Positions 1 through 9,639 of a DNA stretch of 64,000 nt are shown here, piece after piece; positions within the stretch are counted from its first letter, which is position 1; each line of letters opens with the position of its first letter. Source of the stretch: an uncultured Candidatus Saccharibacteria bacterium (GTDB lineage: Bacteria; Patescibacteriota; WWE3; 2-01-FULL-39-13). The position numbers and the translations under genes were made by a program. The notes beneath the pieces were generated by a model that was not told where the DNA came from, made no database searches, and was given only the letters and a program-made list of their open reading frames with translations. The stretch is taken from NCBI GenBank assembly GCA_965230915.1, contig OZ246395.1:728935-792934 (forward strand), read 5' to 3'.

Positions 1-161
1 ACAGCAGATATTGTTATTTACTTCCCTGCGGTGCGCGGAGATTTTATACAACAAACTGCGCAATAAAATAGCTACTAGATTTGAAAGATAACCAGCAGGT
101 AACTTGAGACGATAGATACAAGCGTAAAGCCGAGGACTATTTTGAAAAATTAATAGATATT

Positions 162-1148
162 TTAGTGATTTTCGTACAAGAAGTATTTCACAACCTCAAC
201 AACAATAATTGCGAATGGAATCGCAAGAATCGCCCCAACCAAACCTAAGAGTTGGCCACCAATCATCAAGGCAATAATCGTAACAAGTGGATTAAATCCG
301 ACGGCTTTTTGCATAACTTTGGGTACAACATAACTGTTCTCAAGTTGTTGAATAAGAATATATAACCCTAAAACTCCAAGGCCAGTTAGGGGGGAAATCG
401 TAAAAGCGACAATAAGCGCTGGAACAGCGGCGACAACAGGCCCAATAAATGGAACGATTTCTAAAACACCAGCAATAATTGCCAAAGCCAAGGCATAATC
501 TACGCCTAACAAAATTAACCCTAAATATGTTGCTCCGCCAATTACCAACATTAAAATAATTTGCCCTCTAAGCCATCCGCCTAATTTGACTTCGATGCGC
601 TTCATGACCGTATTCACATCGGCCTGGTATTCTTTTGCGAATAATTTGATAAACATTTTACGCAAATTGTGAAAATCCATGAGCATGTACACTGTAAAAA
701 TCGCAATAGTTATGAGCGATATTAACCCCGAAAAGGCATTAACAACACCTACGATTATGTTTCCTGTGGTCTGACTTAATTGGCCATAAATAGCGTCGTT
801 AATTTGTAATTGGTATCCGGCTAAAAGTGGATTGCTTGTAAGTGACTGAATATAACCTGGCAAATTCCCAAAAAGTATTGAAACCTGTTGAAGCGGGAAA
901 ATTGCTGAACTGGCAACACCAATTAAGATAAGAATGAAAGTAATTACAGTTCCAACAACTGCAACACCTCTTGGAACTCTTTTAGAATCAAGCCACTCAA
1001 CAAATGGTTCTAACGTTAAAACAATAATTAATGAAACAAAAAGAATTAGAATAATATCGCGAATCAGCCAAAGACCTAATACTCCGAGTAAAACGGCGAC
1101 AAAGATAAGAATTGTTTCGATAGAGATGATTAGTTGTTTATCGCTCAT
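162..1148 (-). CDS. AI-2E family transporter (PerM/UPF0118-like polytopic membrane protein)
   Basis: 328 aa with about 8 predicted TM helices. The overall pattern is typical of the AI-2E/UPF0118 family. It overlaps miaA by 4 nt. Confidence 0.7.
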   Translation of the reverse strand: MSDKQLIISIETILIFVAVLLGVLGLWLIRDIILILFVSLIIVLTLEPFVEWLDSKRVPRGVAVVGTVITFILILIGVASSAIFPLQQVSILFGNLPGYIQSLTSNPLLAGYQLQINDAIYGQLSQTTGNIIVGVVNAFSGLISLITIAIFTVYMLMDFHNLRKMFIKLFAKEYQADVNTVMKRIEVKLGGWLRGQIILMLVIGGATYLGLILLGVDYALALAIIAGVLEIVPFIGPVVAAVPALIVAFTISPLTGLGVLGLYILIQQLENSYVVPKVMQKAVGFNPLVTIIALMIGGQLLGLVGAILAIPFAIIVVEVVKYFLYENH

Positions 1149-2032
1149 TGTCTGTTACTTAGATATGATTCTACAAGCGAGAATACTCTAGTGTCAAAAG
1201 ATTTTTCAGTAATATCAACTTTTATTGAATTTTTATATCGCTTAAACCAAGTTTGTTGTCTGCGAATATATTTATGAAGGTCGAATTTTATTAGTTCTAA
1301 AGCTTTTTCTTGGCTTATTTCACCTTTTATAAATTGTTTTGCGGTTTTATAGATTATTCCGTTCATTGGTGCCGCGTTTTCATAACCTTTTGCAAGTAAG
1401 TCTTTAGTTTCATTTATAAGTTCACCCCAAATACTTTCCGACCATTTATCAACTCTTTCATATAAAATTTCACGGGGAGCTGTTAACTCAATAACTAAAT
1501 TATTTTCGCTGGGGTCAATCGCCTTGCGGGATTTATCTGGCCATTTTCCAGTTTGTCTAAAAATCTGTATTGCCCTAATAATACGTGCGGGGTTAAAACG
1601 ATCGCTGTTGTTCCATGTGTAAAAATAATCTTCAGGAATCATTTCAACAAGCTCTAAAAAAGTTTTTTCGGATAACTCATCGCGAATTTTAGTATCAGAT
1701 TCAATTTTGAAATCTAAATTATCGGCGACAAGACTATCAATATAAAAACCGGTTCCGCCAACTATTATCGGAAGCTTTATGTTTTTTATAGCTTCTCTGG
1801 CATCTGTCGCATACTGAAAACTTGAATACGCCTGATCTGGCTCAACAACATCATACATATGAATATGTGGAATCACCCCGGTTGCACCTACCGGAACTTT
1901 ACCTGTTCCAATATCCATAAATTTATAAATTTGTCTGGAATCTGCAGACACTATCTCACCGCCGAACTTTTCAGCTAATTTAAGCGCAAGAGAGGTTTTT
2001 CCAGATGATGTAGGACCTGTAATGATAATCAT
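1145..2032 (-). CDS. miaA: tRNA dimethylallyltransferase
   Basis: N-terminal P-loop GPTSSGKTSLA followed by ADSRQIYK..MDIGT. Length is 295 aa, with MiaA family conservation throughout. Confidence 0.9.
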   Translation of the reverse strand: MIIITGPTSSGKTSLALKLAEKFGGEIVSADSRQIYKFMDIGTGKVPVGATGVIPHIHMYDVVEPDQAYSSFQYATDAREAIKNIKLPIIVGGTGFYIDSLVADNLDFKIESDTKIRDELSEKTFLELVEMIPEDYFYTWNNSDRFNPARIIRAIQIFRQTGKWPDKSRKAIDPSENNLVIELTAPREILYERVDKWSESIWGELINETKDLLAKGYENAAPMNGIIYKTAKQFIKGEISQEKALELIKFDLHKYIRRQQTWFKRYKNSIKVDITEKSFDTRVFSLVESYLSNRQ

Positions 2033-2058
2033 TTGGCTTATTATATATTATAAAAAGC

Positions 2059-2087
2059 CGCGCTACTTTACGCGAAGCGGAAAGTAG
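2059..2087. promoter_or_regulatory. Nested stem-loop (CTACTTT-A-CGC[GAA]GCG-G-AAAGTAG) in the divergent miaA/rsmB-family intergenic region. A second partial copy of CGCTACTT lies 30 nt downstream.
   Basis: Inverted repeat read directly from the sequence. Function unknown. Confidence 0.3.
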
Positions 2088-2149
2088 GCTTTAGCCGCTA
2101 CTTCCGAATGAAATGAGGAAGATAGCCGAATAAGCGCTATAATTATCGC

Positions 2150-3091
2150 ATGAATTCGCGTTTAGAGGCCTTTTTAGGCAGTTTAAAAGAGATATACGGC
2201 TCGATGTACCCGCAAGTAGAAAAGGGGCTTAAAATAGCTCATCCAACTACATTTAGGGTTAATTTAAGTAAGGCCGAACCCAGTAAAGTTTTAGAGGACC
2301 TAGAAAATCAGGGTTTTCGCATAATGAAAGGTCCTATCCCAAATAGCTACTTTATAACCCACAATAAAGGATTCATTTCCGATACTGAAGAATTTAAAAC
2401 CGGCCAAATTTATGTTCAGGAATTTTCGAGTATGATTCCACCACTAATTTTAAATCCACAAAAAGGTGAAAGAATTATGGATATGGCTTCAGCACCAGGA
2501 AGTAAAACCACACAAATTGCCGACCTTGTTCAAGACGAAGCAGAAATTACTGCCATGGAAAAACATCCGATTCGCATAAAAATTTTAGAGCACAACATTG
2601 AACTTCAAGGGTATAAAAATGTCCGAATTATTCAAGGCAACGGAATTAAATTCGACAAACGTAATATGCAATATACCGAATATTTCGATCGCGTTTTAGC
2701 CGATGTCCCCTGCTCAACTGAAGGAAGCATTAACATTACAAACCCAAAAAGTTATAAATTTTGGAATATTCATAAACGAAAAGATATGTCTCGAATTCAA
2801 AAAGGAATTTTAATATCTGGAATTCGAATGCTAAAACCAGGTGGGACATTGGTTTATTCGACCTGCACCTTTGGAATGGAAGAAAACGAAGTTGTCCTTG
2901 ATTGGCTACTTCAAAAGATTCCTGATTTGAAAATTGAAAAAATTGACTTGAAGTTACAAAATTTTATTCCAGGAATCGCAAAATTTGAAGGTAAACCATT
3001 AAATCCAAAAGTTAGAAATGCTATTCGTGTTTTACCAAACGAACTGTTTTCAGGATTTTTTGTTGCTAAAATAACCAAACCTACTGCTTGA
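2150..3091 (+). CDS. RsmB/RsmF (Sun/NOP2) family SAM-dependent RNA m5C methyltransferase
   Basis: Motifs DMASAPGSKT (SAM binding), DVPCSTEGS (motif IV Cys) and LVYSTCTFGMEENE (motif VI Cys). Confidence 0.85.
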   Translation: MNSRLEAFLGSLKEIYGSMYPQVEKGLKIAHPTTFRVNLSKAEPSKVLEDLENQGFRIMKGPIPNSYFITHNKGFISDTEEFKTGQIYVQEFSSMIPPLILNPQKGERIMDMASAPGSKTTQIADLVQDEAEITAMEKHPIRIKILEHNIELQGYKNVRIIQGNGIKFDKRNMQYTEYFDRVLADVPCSTEGSINITNPKSYKFWNIHKRKDMSRIQKGILISGIRMLKPGGTLVYSTCTFGMEENEVVLDWLLQKIPDLKIEKIDLKLQNFIPGIAKFEGKPLNPKVRNAIRVLPNELFSGFFVAKITKPTA

Positions 3092-3121
3092 TAAGATCTA
3101 AAAGTTGGATCACAATAGTCG

Positions 3122-3601
3122 TTGGCAATGGATTGGCTAAGCGCACCACAAATTTTAGAACAAACAAATGTAACCGCAGAAAAAATTGTCCCGACCTCTA
3201 GTGAAGCTTTCACATTTTTTCACCCTACAGCAATCTTTAAATATAAAGGAAGAGATTACCAGTTAACCTCTTCTGCCGGTAAAAGAATCACATTTTTTAC
3301 GACAGAAAATCATATTGCACCCGACACAGTTTACACAGGATTTATCGGGAATGTTTCATACGAACCAAAACAAGACGAACAATTAGAGTTAGTAATATAT
3401 CGTGGCAATGGGTTTGAATATATTGACCAAGAACATGAAGAATTTGGATTAGTAAAAACAGCTATGGAAATTTATAGAGATACTCCTGTTGAACGCAGCA
3501 ATCACGCAGGTTGGGATCAAGCTATCGAAAACTCAAAGAGAAATATTGCGGGAGTATTGGAATCTTTAGCAGATATCCAAGAGGCTATTTCACAAACTTA
3601 A
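3122..3601 (+). CDS. hypothetical protein
   Basis: 159-aa ORF with no recognisable motif. Its 3' end overlaps the convergent gene 3585..4232. Confidence 0.45.
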   Translation: MAMDWLSAPQILEQTNVTAEKIVPTSSEAFTFFHPTAIFKYKGRDYQLTSSAGKRITFFTTENHIAPDTVYTGFIGNVSYEPKQDEQLELVIYRGNGFEYIDQEHEEFGLVKTAMEIYRDTPVERSNHAGWDQAIENSKRNIAGVLESLADIQEAISQT

Positions 3602-4232
3602 AGGTTCTCAAAATCTGATCATCATAGAAAACTGTACTTTCGCGAATTACAAAATCATATTTATAACCATCTTTAATCGCACAAAGAACAACTCCATTAC
3701 TTGGTCCATCACCGCCAAATGCTGTTGGCCAATATAGTGTTCCCATAATGCCCTGGCCTAGATCTATATTTTCTGCTTTAGATGCATCTTCGGCAGTACA
3801 ATCGGCTAGAATGTTACCATCTAATGCCTGAATGTAACCTTCTAAAGAGAATTTGCCTTCAGGCAATTTATACATATCAATAATATCTTCTTCAGTATAG
3901 TTATCGACACGTAGGTAGTATGAATTATTTGTTCCACCTTCCGACTCTTCGCCAAAGCTGTCTTTTGGAAGTTTAATTTTAAATCCATATTTACTATTAG
4001 TGAATGTTCCATCTGAGGCAATCTCTATTTTGTTTGTAATAGTTTCAGGTATTTCCCGATCCCACCTCTCGGGCCTTACAAATGGTTCTTGAACTTTTCT
4101 TTCGGTAATATCTATCGCTTCAATTTTTGGAATAGTTTCGACTTGTGAAAAGTTTTTAAAAAACCAAGCGGCAAAACCAGAAAGAATTAAAATACAAACA
4201 ATTAAGAAAGTTAATGTATATTTATACTTCAT
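3585..4232 (-). CDS. hypothetical protein with N-terminal signal anchor
   Basis: 215 aa. N-terminal hydrophobic helix (LTFLIVCILILSGFAAWFF) followed by a soluble domain. Confidence 0.5.
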   Translation of the reverse strand: MKYKYTLTFLIVCILILSGFAAWFFKNFSQVETIPKIEAIDITERKVQEPFVRPERWDREIPETITNKIEIASDGTFTNSKYGFKIKLPKDSFGEESEGGTNNSYYLRVDNYTEEDIIDMYKLPEGKFSLEGYIQALDGNILADCTAEDASKAENIDLGQGIMGTLYWPTAFGGDGPSNGVVLCAIKDGYKYDFVIRESTVFYDDQILRTFKFVK

Positions 4233-4249
4233 TAGTAATTAATGGTACC

Positions 4250-5437
4250 TTATTCTAAAGTCTTCTTCCAGACATCCATCAAATATTTATGACGGCGTTT
4301 TTTTTCTTTCATTGGAACGTCATCTTTCATAAAGCGTTGCGCGGTAGTTCCTTCACGTGGCGAGTAAATTGAAATAAAAGCTACATTAAATTTCATCCAT
4401 TTAAAAAGATCTACAGTTTTCATAAATTGTTCTTCTGTTTCTCCGGGAAAACCAACAATAATATCAGTTCCAAAAGTCATCTTCGGATTCTTTTCTTTTA
4501 TTTTTATCACTAAATCTTTGAATTCTTCGATAGTGTGGCGACGATTCATTCTCTTTAGTACATCATTGTCACCGCTTTGAACTGCCATGTGTAAATAAGG
4601 TTCAATCTTCGGCATAGAAATTGTATCGATTAAATCTTGAGTAAAATCAAATGGATTCGATGAAATAAAACTAATTTTTTGAACTTCAGGAATTGCATGC
4701 GCTTCTCTTAATAATTCTGCGAATGGAATTTTGTCTTCTGAACCGGCACGAAGTTTAAATTTCGTAACACGATCTAAGCCCCATGAATTTACATTTTGTC
4801 CAACAAGCATAATACTTGTAAATCCTCGCGAGTTTAAATGTTTTATTTCTGCCAAAATATCTTCTTTAGATCTGTGCTTTTCTTCTCCACGTGCATACGG
4901 AACTACACAGAAAGTGCAAAAGTTATCGCAGCCGGTCGAAATATTTACAAATGCCCATTCGGTTTCATTTGAAAAATTCGGATTGCTTTCAGTTATTCCG
5001 TTAACTTTCTGCAAAACCCATTCGTCGACCAATCCTTCTTTAACTAAAATTGATGGAATTTGAGTTTCTTCTTCCGGAGCTAACAAATAATCAGCCCAAC
5101 CCAATTTTTCTTGAAGTTCGTGCATTTTTACACGAGTTCGATCGCCTTTTGCGCTGCCGATCATACATCCAGTTACAAAAACTACCTGATTGCCCTTTTT
5201 TTCATAAAATTCTTCTTTTCCGGATTTATTATTGGTGCCGAGTTTAATTCCCCAACCATAAACTTTGTCTTCAGATTTTTGGCGAACAGAACAAGTATTA
5301 ATAATCAAAACATCAGCTTGTTGATAGTCTTCAGTTGGCATAAAACCAATTGCATCGAGCGATCCAGCCATTACTTGGCTGTCACGAATATTCGCCTGGC
5401 AGCCAAATGTTTGAATATAATACTTCTTTTCTTGCAT
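4250..5437 (-). CDS. miaB: radical-SAM methylthiotransferase, MiaB-like (tRNA i6A37 methylthiolation)
   Basis: MTTase N-domain motif TFGCQAN and radical SAM CDNFCTFCVVP. C-terminal TRAM-like region. The start was moved to the internal Met (MQEKKYYIQTFGC), because the 5' extension of the raw ORF has no homology. The MiaB versus RimO/MtaB subfamily call is tentative. Confidence 0.8.
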   Translation of the reverse strand: MQEKKYYIQTFGCQANIRDSQVMAGSLDAIGFMPTEDYQQADVLIINTCSVRQKSEDKVYGWGIKLGTNNKSGKEEFYEKKGNQVVFVTGCMIGSAKGDRTRVKMHELQEKLGWADYLLAPEEETQIPSILVKEGLVDEWVLQKVNGITESNPNFSNETEWAFVNISTGCDNFCTFCVVPYARGEEKHRSKEDILAEIKHLNSRGFTSIMLVGQNVNSWGLDRVTKFKLRAGSEDKIPFAELLREAHAIPEVQKISFISSNPFDFTQDLIDTISMPKIEPYLHMAVQSGDNDVLKRMNRRHTIEEFKDLVIKIKEKNPKMTFGTDIIVGFPGETEEQFMKTVDLFKWMKFNVAFISIYSPREGTTAQRFMKDDVPMKEKKRRHKYLMDVWKKTLE

Positions 5438-5585
5438 GGGGATATTATAGCCTACACAAACCGCATAAAAAGCTTTAATTAAAAAGTGGAAGCGTGAACC
5501 ACGCCAATATATACCCAACAATCACCCACATTAAACATAAAAGCACGATATAAATAGTTTTCATAATTACAGTAAATAAACTAGC

Positions 5586-6632
5586 TTATTGATCATCTAC
5601 CATCCTCTCTTGCCCGGTATCAATATTGTAAATATAAGTTTCGATAATTCTTGAATCATTGTATCCATCGGCATCCTCATTTATATATCCTTTGAATAAA
5701 ACAATTTCTTTATCCATTAGCCTTGGGCTACCCTTGCCATATAAATAACCAGCATCATATTGATATGGTTTAGTAAAACTACGAATAGTATTCCTATCAC
5801 TAAGGTTAAACGGATTAAGTGCATAGATTTCAGATAAACATACGTCTCCATCAAATGGGCTAGGCTTAGTACAGTCGACTGTCTTACCTAAAATTAATTT
5901 GCCATTATCAAATTTGAAGTATCTTTCCTCATGGCTACAACCAGAGCCAATATCTTTTAACATATTGATTACTTTAGTTTCTAAATTATAAGTAAAAATA
6001 TCGCCCCATCCACCGCAACCATCCCCACCACCAGTCACTATAACAAATGAATTTTCATTTGGATTAAACCCAGCAAAACTTTTGCTTTCATATATTCCAT
6101 TTTTAAATGTTTCTACTACTGAGCTTTTAATATCGTTTAAGTCAGAGTAATCAATCAAAACTAACTCTGAGAAGTCCGGACTGTCGGAACGAAATTCCTC
6201 TGCCTTAAATCTAAGAAGATATAACTGCGAACTTTCTTTCATGAACCAGAAATCAGTAACTTCTGTATTAATATATTTTTCAACCCAACGATACTTTTGA
6301 TCCAAAGGCATATATTCACTGTTTTTTAATTCAACAATCTTTCTTTCCTCAGGAGAATTTGTTTTGTATATTTGCAATAAGATCAGCTGCTGACCATCTA
6401 CTATATGACTGCGTCTTTCGTAATATTCTGGTTCAGTATCTTGGATTGCTGTATTGCTAGGCACTACATTTTCTTGTGAAGTAACAGGTATTGGCTGTTC
6501 TACAGGCACATAATCATTTTCGCTTTGTGAATTTATAATTTCAGTGGTTTGTTTATTTAGATAAGTTGCCTGATAAGCTAAAACAACCGCAACAACCACG
6601 CTAGAAATAAGTACGAGATAAAGTTTTCTCAT
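5586..6632 (-). CDS. hypothetical secreted protein
   Basis: 348 aa, N-terminal signal/TM (LYLVLISSVVVAVVLA). Gly/Cys-containing segment GGGDGCGGWGD. No family recognised. Confidence 0.5.
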   Translation of the reverse strand: MRKLYLVLISSVVVAVVLAYQATYLNKQTTEIINSQSENDYVPVEQPIPVTSQENVVPSNTAIQDTEPEYYERRSHIVDGQQLILLQIYKTNSPEERKIVELKNSEYMPLDQKYRWVEKYINTEVTDFWFMKESSQLYLLRFKAEEFRSDSPDFSELVLIDYSDLNDIKSSVVETFKNGIYESKSFAGFNPNENSFVIVTGGGDGCGGWGDIFTYNLETKVINMLKDIGSGCSHEERYFKFDNGKLILGKTVDCTKPSPFDGDVCLSEIYALNPFNLSDRNTIRSFTKPYQYDAGYLYGKGSPRLMDKEIVLFKGYINEDADGYNDSRIIETYIYNIDTGQERMVDDQ

Positions 6633-6659
6633 TTTATTAAATTGTAATAGGAAAGTTCC

Positions 6660-7118
6660 TTAAAATAAAGAATCCAAAGCCTGCTTTGTATAATAAGAAG
6701 CTTCTTTTGGAGGATTAGTCGGGTCTACCCATATAGCTTCGGCTACTTCGATTCCATCAGATTTCAATTCATGCGGATTTATAACTTTTCCGGCTCTATA
6801 TATAAGAACACAATTGTTTTTATTTTCTAAAAAATTTCTGTAAACTGAGACAAGCTGCATTTTATCAATCACAAGACCGGTTTCTTCAAAAACCTCACGT
6901 ATGCATGCTTGCGAAAACTCTTCACCACGACGAACGCCTCCACCTGGGAAATAATAGCCTTTTCTATATGTGTGTTTTATAAGCAAGACTTTACCTTCGT
7001 TTTCGATTAACACGCGAACTCCAACTGTGGTGACCTTAAATAAAGCCCAATATATTGTTAATAAATCGAATCCTAATCTTAAAATTTCGTGATAAAACTT
7101 GGTTTTAGTTATATTCAT
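6660..7118 (-). CDS. NUDIX hydrolase
   Basis: Nudix box GGGVRRGEEFSQACIREVFEETGL (G-x5-E-x7-REVxEExG). Confidence 0.85.
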   Translation of the reverse strand: MNITKTKFYHEILRLGFDLLTIYWALFKVTTVGVRVLIENEGKVLLIKHTYRKGYYFPGGGVRRGEEFSQACIREVFEETGLVIDKMQLVSVYRNFLENKNNCVLIYRAGKVINPHELKSDGIEVAEAIWVDPTNPPKEASYYTKQALDSLF

Positions 7119-7441
7119 AATACTGGACTCCCATTAGGAATTGATGTAATCGGTTCAAGAAGAATTGCTGCGCCATCTTTGTCGGCACAAAGCATCATTC
7201 CTTGGCTTTCTACACCTTTTAACTTACGTGGCTCTAAATTTACTAAAATCGGAACTTGTCTTCCAACTAAATCTTCTGAAGAATACCATGTGGCGATTCC
7301 TGAAACGATAGTTCTAGTTTCTTCTCCAAGGTCGACTGTTAGTTTCATTAATTTATCAGAACCTTCAACTTTCTCTGCAGCTGCAATAGTTCCAACTCTT
7401 ATGTTCAATTTTGCGAAATGGTCATAGTTTATAAGTTCCAT
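7115..7441 (-). CDS. tRNA-binding domain protein (CsaA/Trbp111/MetRS C-terminal-like OB fold)
   Basis: 108 aa with LNIRVGTI....E...KL..L.VD.G......IVSG.......E.L.G. The pattern is typical of the Myf/CsaA tRNA-binding domain. Overlaps the NUDIX gene by 4 nt. Confidence 0.75.
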   Translation of the reverse strand: MELINYDHFAKLNIRVGTIAAAEKVEGSDKLMKLTVDLGEETRTIVSGIATWYSSEDLVGRQVPILVNLEPRKLKGVESQGMMLCADKDGAAILLEPITSIPNGSPVL

Positions 7442-7443
7442 GA

Positions 7444-7827
7444 TTATTTGTCTTTAGGCAGGTCCAGTTTATCGAATTTCAGAATTTTTACGAGCATATA
7501 GATAACAAAAGCTGTAACAGTGAAATCTATTATTGTAGCTAGCAAATGTCCCCATGCAAAGGTTACTGGGCCGACTGCTAAAACGCTCGTTTCAAGGTTT
7601 CCTCCCGATATTTCAACTAATAATAGCCCAATTACAGGAGCAATCAAGTCATTAACCACAGCCGATACTACTTGTTTGATCGAATCTCCTAAGATAAAAC
7701 CAACTGCTAGACCCACGACTCCTTGCTGACGGATAAATTCTACAAAGCCTTTAATAGGACTTTTCTTAAGCTCTGTTTTTAATTTTTGATCATTCTGCTT
7801 TTGTTCTTCTTGTGTGATTTCAGGCAT
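7444..7827 (-). CDS. mscL: large-conductance mechanosensitive channel
   Basis: GFVEFIRQQGVVGLAVGFILGDS...IAPVIGLL. Two TM helices, 127 aa. Confidence 0.85.
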   Translation of the reverse strand: MPEITQEEQKQNDQKLKTELKKSPIKGFVEFIRQQGVVGLAVGFILGDSIKQVVSAVVNDLIAPVIGLLLVEISGGNLETSVLAVGPVTFAWGHLLATIIDFTVTAFVIYMLVKILKFDKLDLPKDK

Positions 7828-8542
7828 TTTTATTTTCCTTTTGTTGCTCTTTAATTATACTCAACTCTTTCTCAATTTCTTCATGTAAATCGCGCTCTCC
7901 GCGCCGACATTTGTATTCAATTATACTCGATGATAGGTGTGCTGGTGGATACTTCATACCTGTCGACATTAAAGTGCGTTCATGCAGTTCATGCAATATT
8001 ACAAAAGCACGCTCCGCAGGACCTAAATCGTCGTCGATCCAAACCTCACCTTCGGGAACAAAATCGTAAACAAATTCGTGCCCGCCTTCGGTAAAGTCCA
8101 CATAATATAAATCTCGAACTAACTCCCCTGAAACTATCCAAACATCTACACCTTGAGAATAGGTTTCTAGTCTATCAACATATAATGCAGTAGGGATTTT
8201 TTTGTGATCTTTTTTTCTGACTTTTAATAAAAATTCGGACTTCGCTCTTTCTTTTTTCTCTTCGCTATCGGCCTTTTCGATTGCAGATTCATATGAAACA
8301 CCATTTGACATTAAATCCCATTCAATCAGTAAGTGATTTATAAAAAAATCATCTTCACCCGGAGCATATTCTTTATCAAGCCAAAATTCTCTTGTTGGAA
8401 TAAAAGGATATTTATAATGCTGGCCAAAGTTTGTGAATTCGCGGTTTATATGGTCACGAATATATTTTCCGTCTACAATATAAATTTCAAAACCATTAAG
8501 ATCTGAGTGTTTTTTAATATAAGGCTTTTGAAGCTCTGCCAT
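7820..8542 (-). CDS. hypothetical protein with an internally duplicated domain; the second copy carries HExxH (HELHE)
   Basis: Two roughly 75-aa repeats align (IV.G..(I/V)RD...FT..G...Y.F(I/V)P..E.W.D....E..F.I.H.L.E..LMS.G..Y). Repeat 2 has ILHELHE. Repeat 1 has the degenerate INHLLIE. Confidence 0.5.
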   Translation of the reverse strand: MAELQKPYIKKHSDLNGFEIYIVDGKYIRDHINREFTNFGQHYKYPFIPTREFWLDKEYAPGEDDFFINHLLIEWDLMSNGVSYESAIEKADSEEKKERAKSEFLLKVRKKDHKKIPTALYVDRLETYSQGVDVWIVSGELVRDLYYVDFTEGGHEFVYDFVPEGEVWIDDDLGPAERAFVILHELHERTLMSTGMKYPPAHLSSSIIEYKCRRGERDLHEEIEKELSIIKEQQKENKNA

Positions 8543-9522
8543 TATTTTGATTGTACAGCAACCAAGATATTTTCCAATTCCTGAATAACTTCTTCGCTGG
8601 TTTTGGCTTCGACTAACTTCATTCTGTGTTCTTTAAAATGGTCCATACCTTTAAAGTACCAAGATAAATGTTTTCTAAAGGTGACAACGCCGCGTTCTCC
8701 ATATTGTGCGACATGATATTGTAAATGCAGTTTGATAACTTCGAGGCGTTCTTCTAATGAAACTTTGTCGTAACGGCCTGTTTCTAAAAGTTGTTTTGTT
8801 TGCTTAAAAAACCATGGGTTGCCAAGCGCTCCGCGAGCAATTAAAACTCCATCGGCTTTTGTAACTTCTAGAGCTTCTAAAACTTTTTCAGGAGTATGAA
8901 TGTCCCCATTAGCCAAAAGTGGAATCGAAACTGCTTTTTTAACTTTGGCGATTTGTTCCCAATTAGAGACTCCAGAATAACCCTGTTCTTTTGTACGACC
9001 ATGAACAGTTATTAATTCTGCGCCGGCATCCTGCATAGCTGGGGCAAAGGTTAGGCAATCTTGGTCGTTCGACCAACCCAGTCTTATTTTTACTGAAAGT
9101 GGGACACTTAATACACTTTTCATTTGGCGGACAATTTCAGAAGCGATTTTGGGGTCTTTCATTAAAGCGCATCCGTTAAAGTTATGAGTAATTTTATAAA
9201 CCGGACAGCCCATGTTTATGTCAAAACCCTCTGGGCCGAAATCCCTTTGAATAATTTCTGCGGCGTCGCGCATAACAATAGGATCGCTCCCGAATAGCTG
9301 CTGAACCAACGGTCTTTCATCAGAATGAATTTCTGTCATTTCCAAGGTCTTATCGTTATGACGAACAACGGCTTCGGCAGACACCATTTCACGGAACATT
9401 ATCGGATAGTCTTTTTCCCCTGTTACCTTTTTTACAATCTGGCAAAAAGCCGAGTCGGTCATATCTGCCATCGGAGATAGAGCTATTATTGGTTTTGATT
9501 GGTTTGCCCATTCAAGTTTCAT
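8542..9522 (-). CDS. dusB: tRNA-dihydrouridine synthase
   Basis: TIM-barrel Dus family: LSPMADMTD, catalytic Cys in NMGCPV, C-terminal helical domain. Confidence 0.85.
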   Translation of the reverse strand: MKLEWANQSKPIIALSPMADMTDSAFCQIVKKVTGEKDYPIMFREMVSAEAVVRHNDKTLEMTEIHSDERPLVQQLFGSDPIVMRDAAEIIQRDFGPEGFDINMGCPVYKITHNFNGCALMKDPKIASEIVRQMKSVLSVPLSVKIRLGWSNDQDCLTFAPAMQDAGAELITVHGRTKEQGYSGVSNWEQIAKVKKAVSIPLLANGDIHTPEKVLEALEVTKADGVLIARGALGNPWFFKQTKQLLETGRYDKVSLEERLEVIKLHLQYHVAQYGERGVVTFRKHLSWYFKGMDHFKEHRMKLVEAKTSEEVIQELENILVAVQSK

Positions 9523-9560
9523 GTGGAAATCTTAACATTTGGGCAGTTCTGCAGCAATTT

Positions 9561-9628
9561 AAATAAAAAGGCCACTAGCTGAAGCGAGACTCTTACATAA
9601 GTGTAAGAACCTGCCTCAGCTAATGGCC
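9561..9628 (-). terminator. rho-independent terminator downstream of ORF 9640..10080
   Basis: On the minus strand: imperfect 18-20 bp GC-rich stem (GGCCAYTAGCTGARGCRAG) with a nested hairpin, followed by TTTTTATTT. Confidence 0.65.
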
Positions 9629-9639
9629 GAATACGAATT

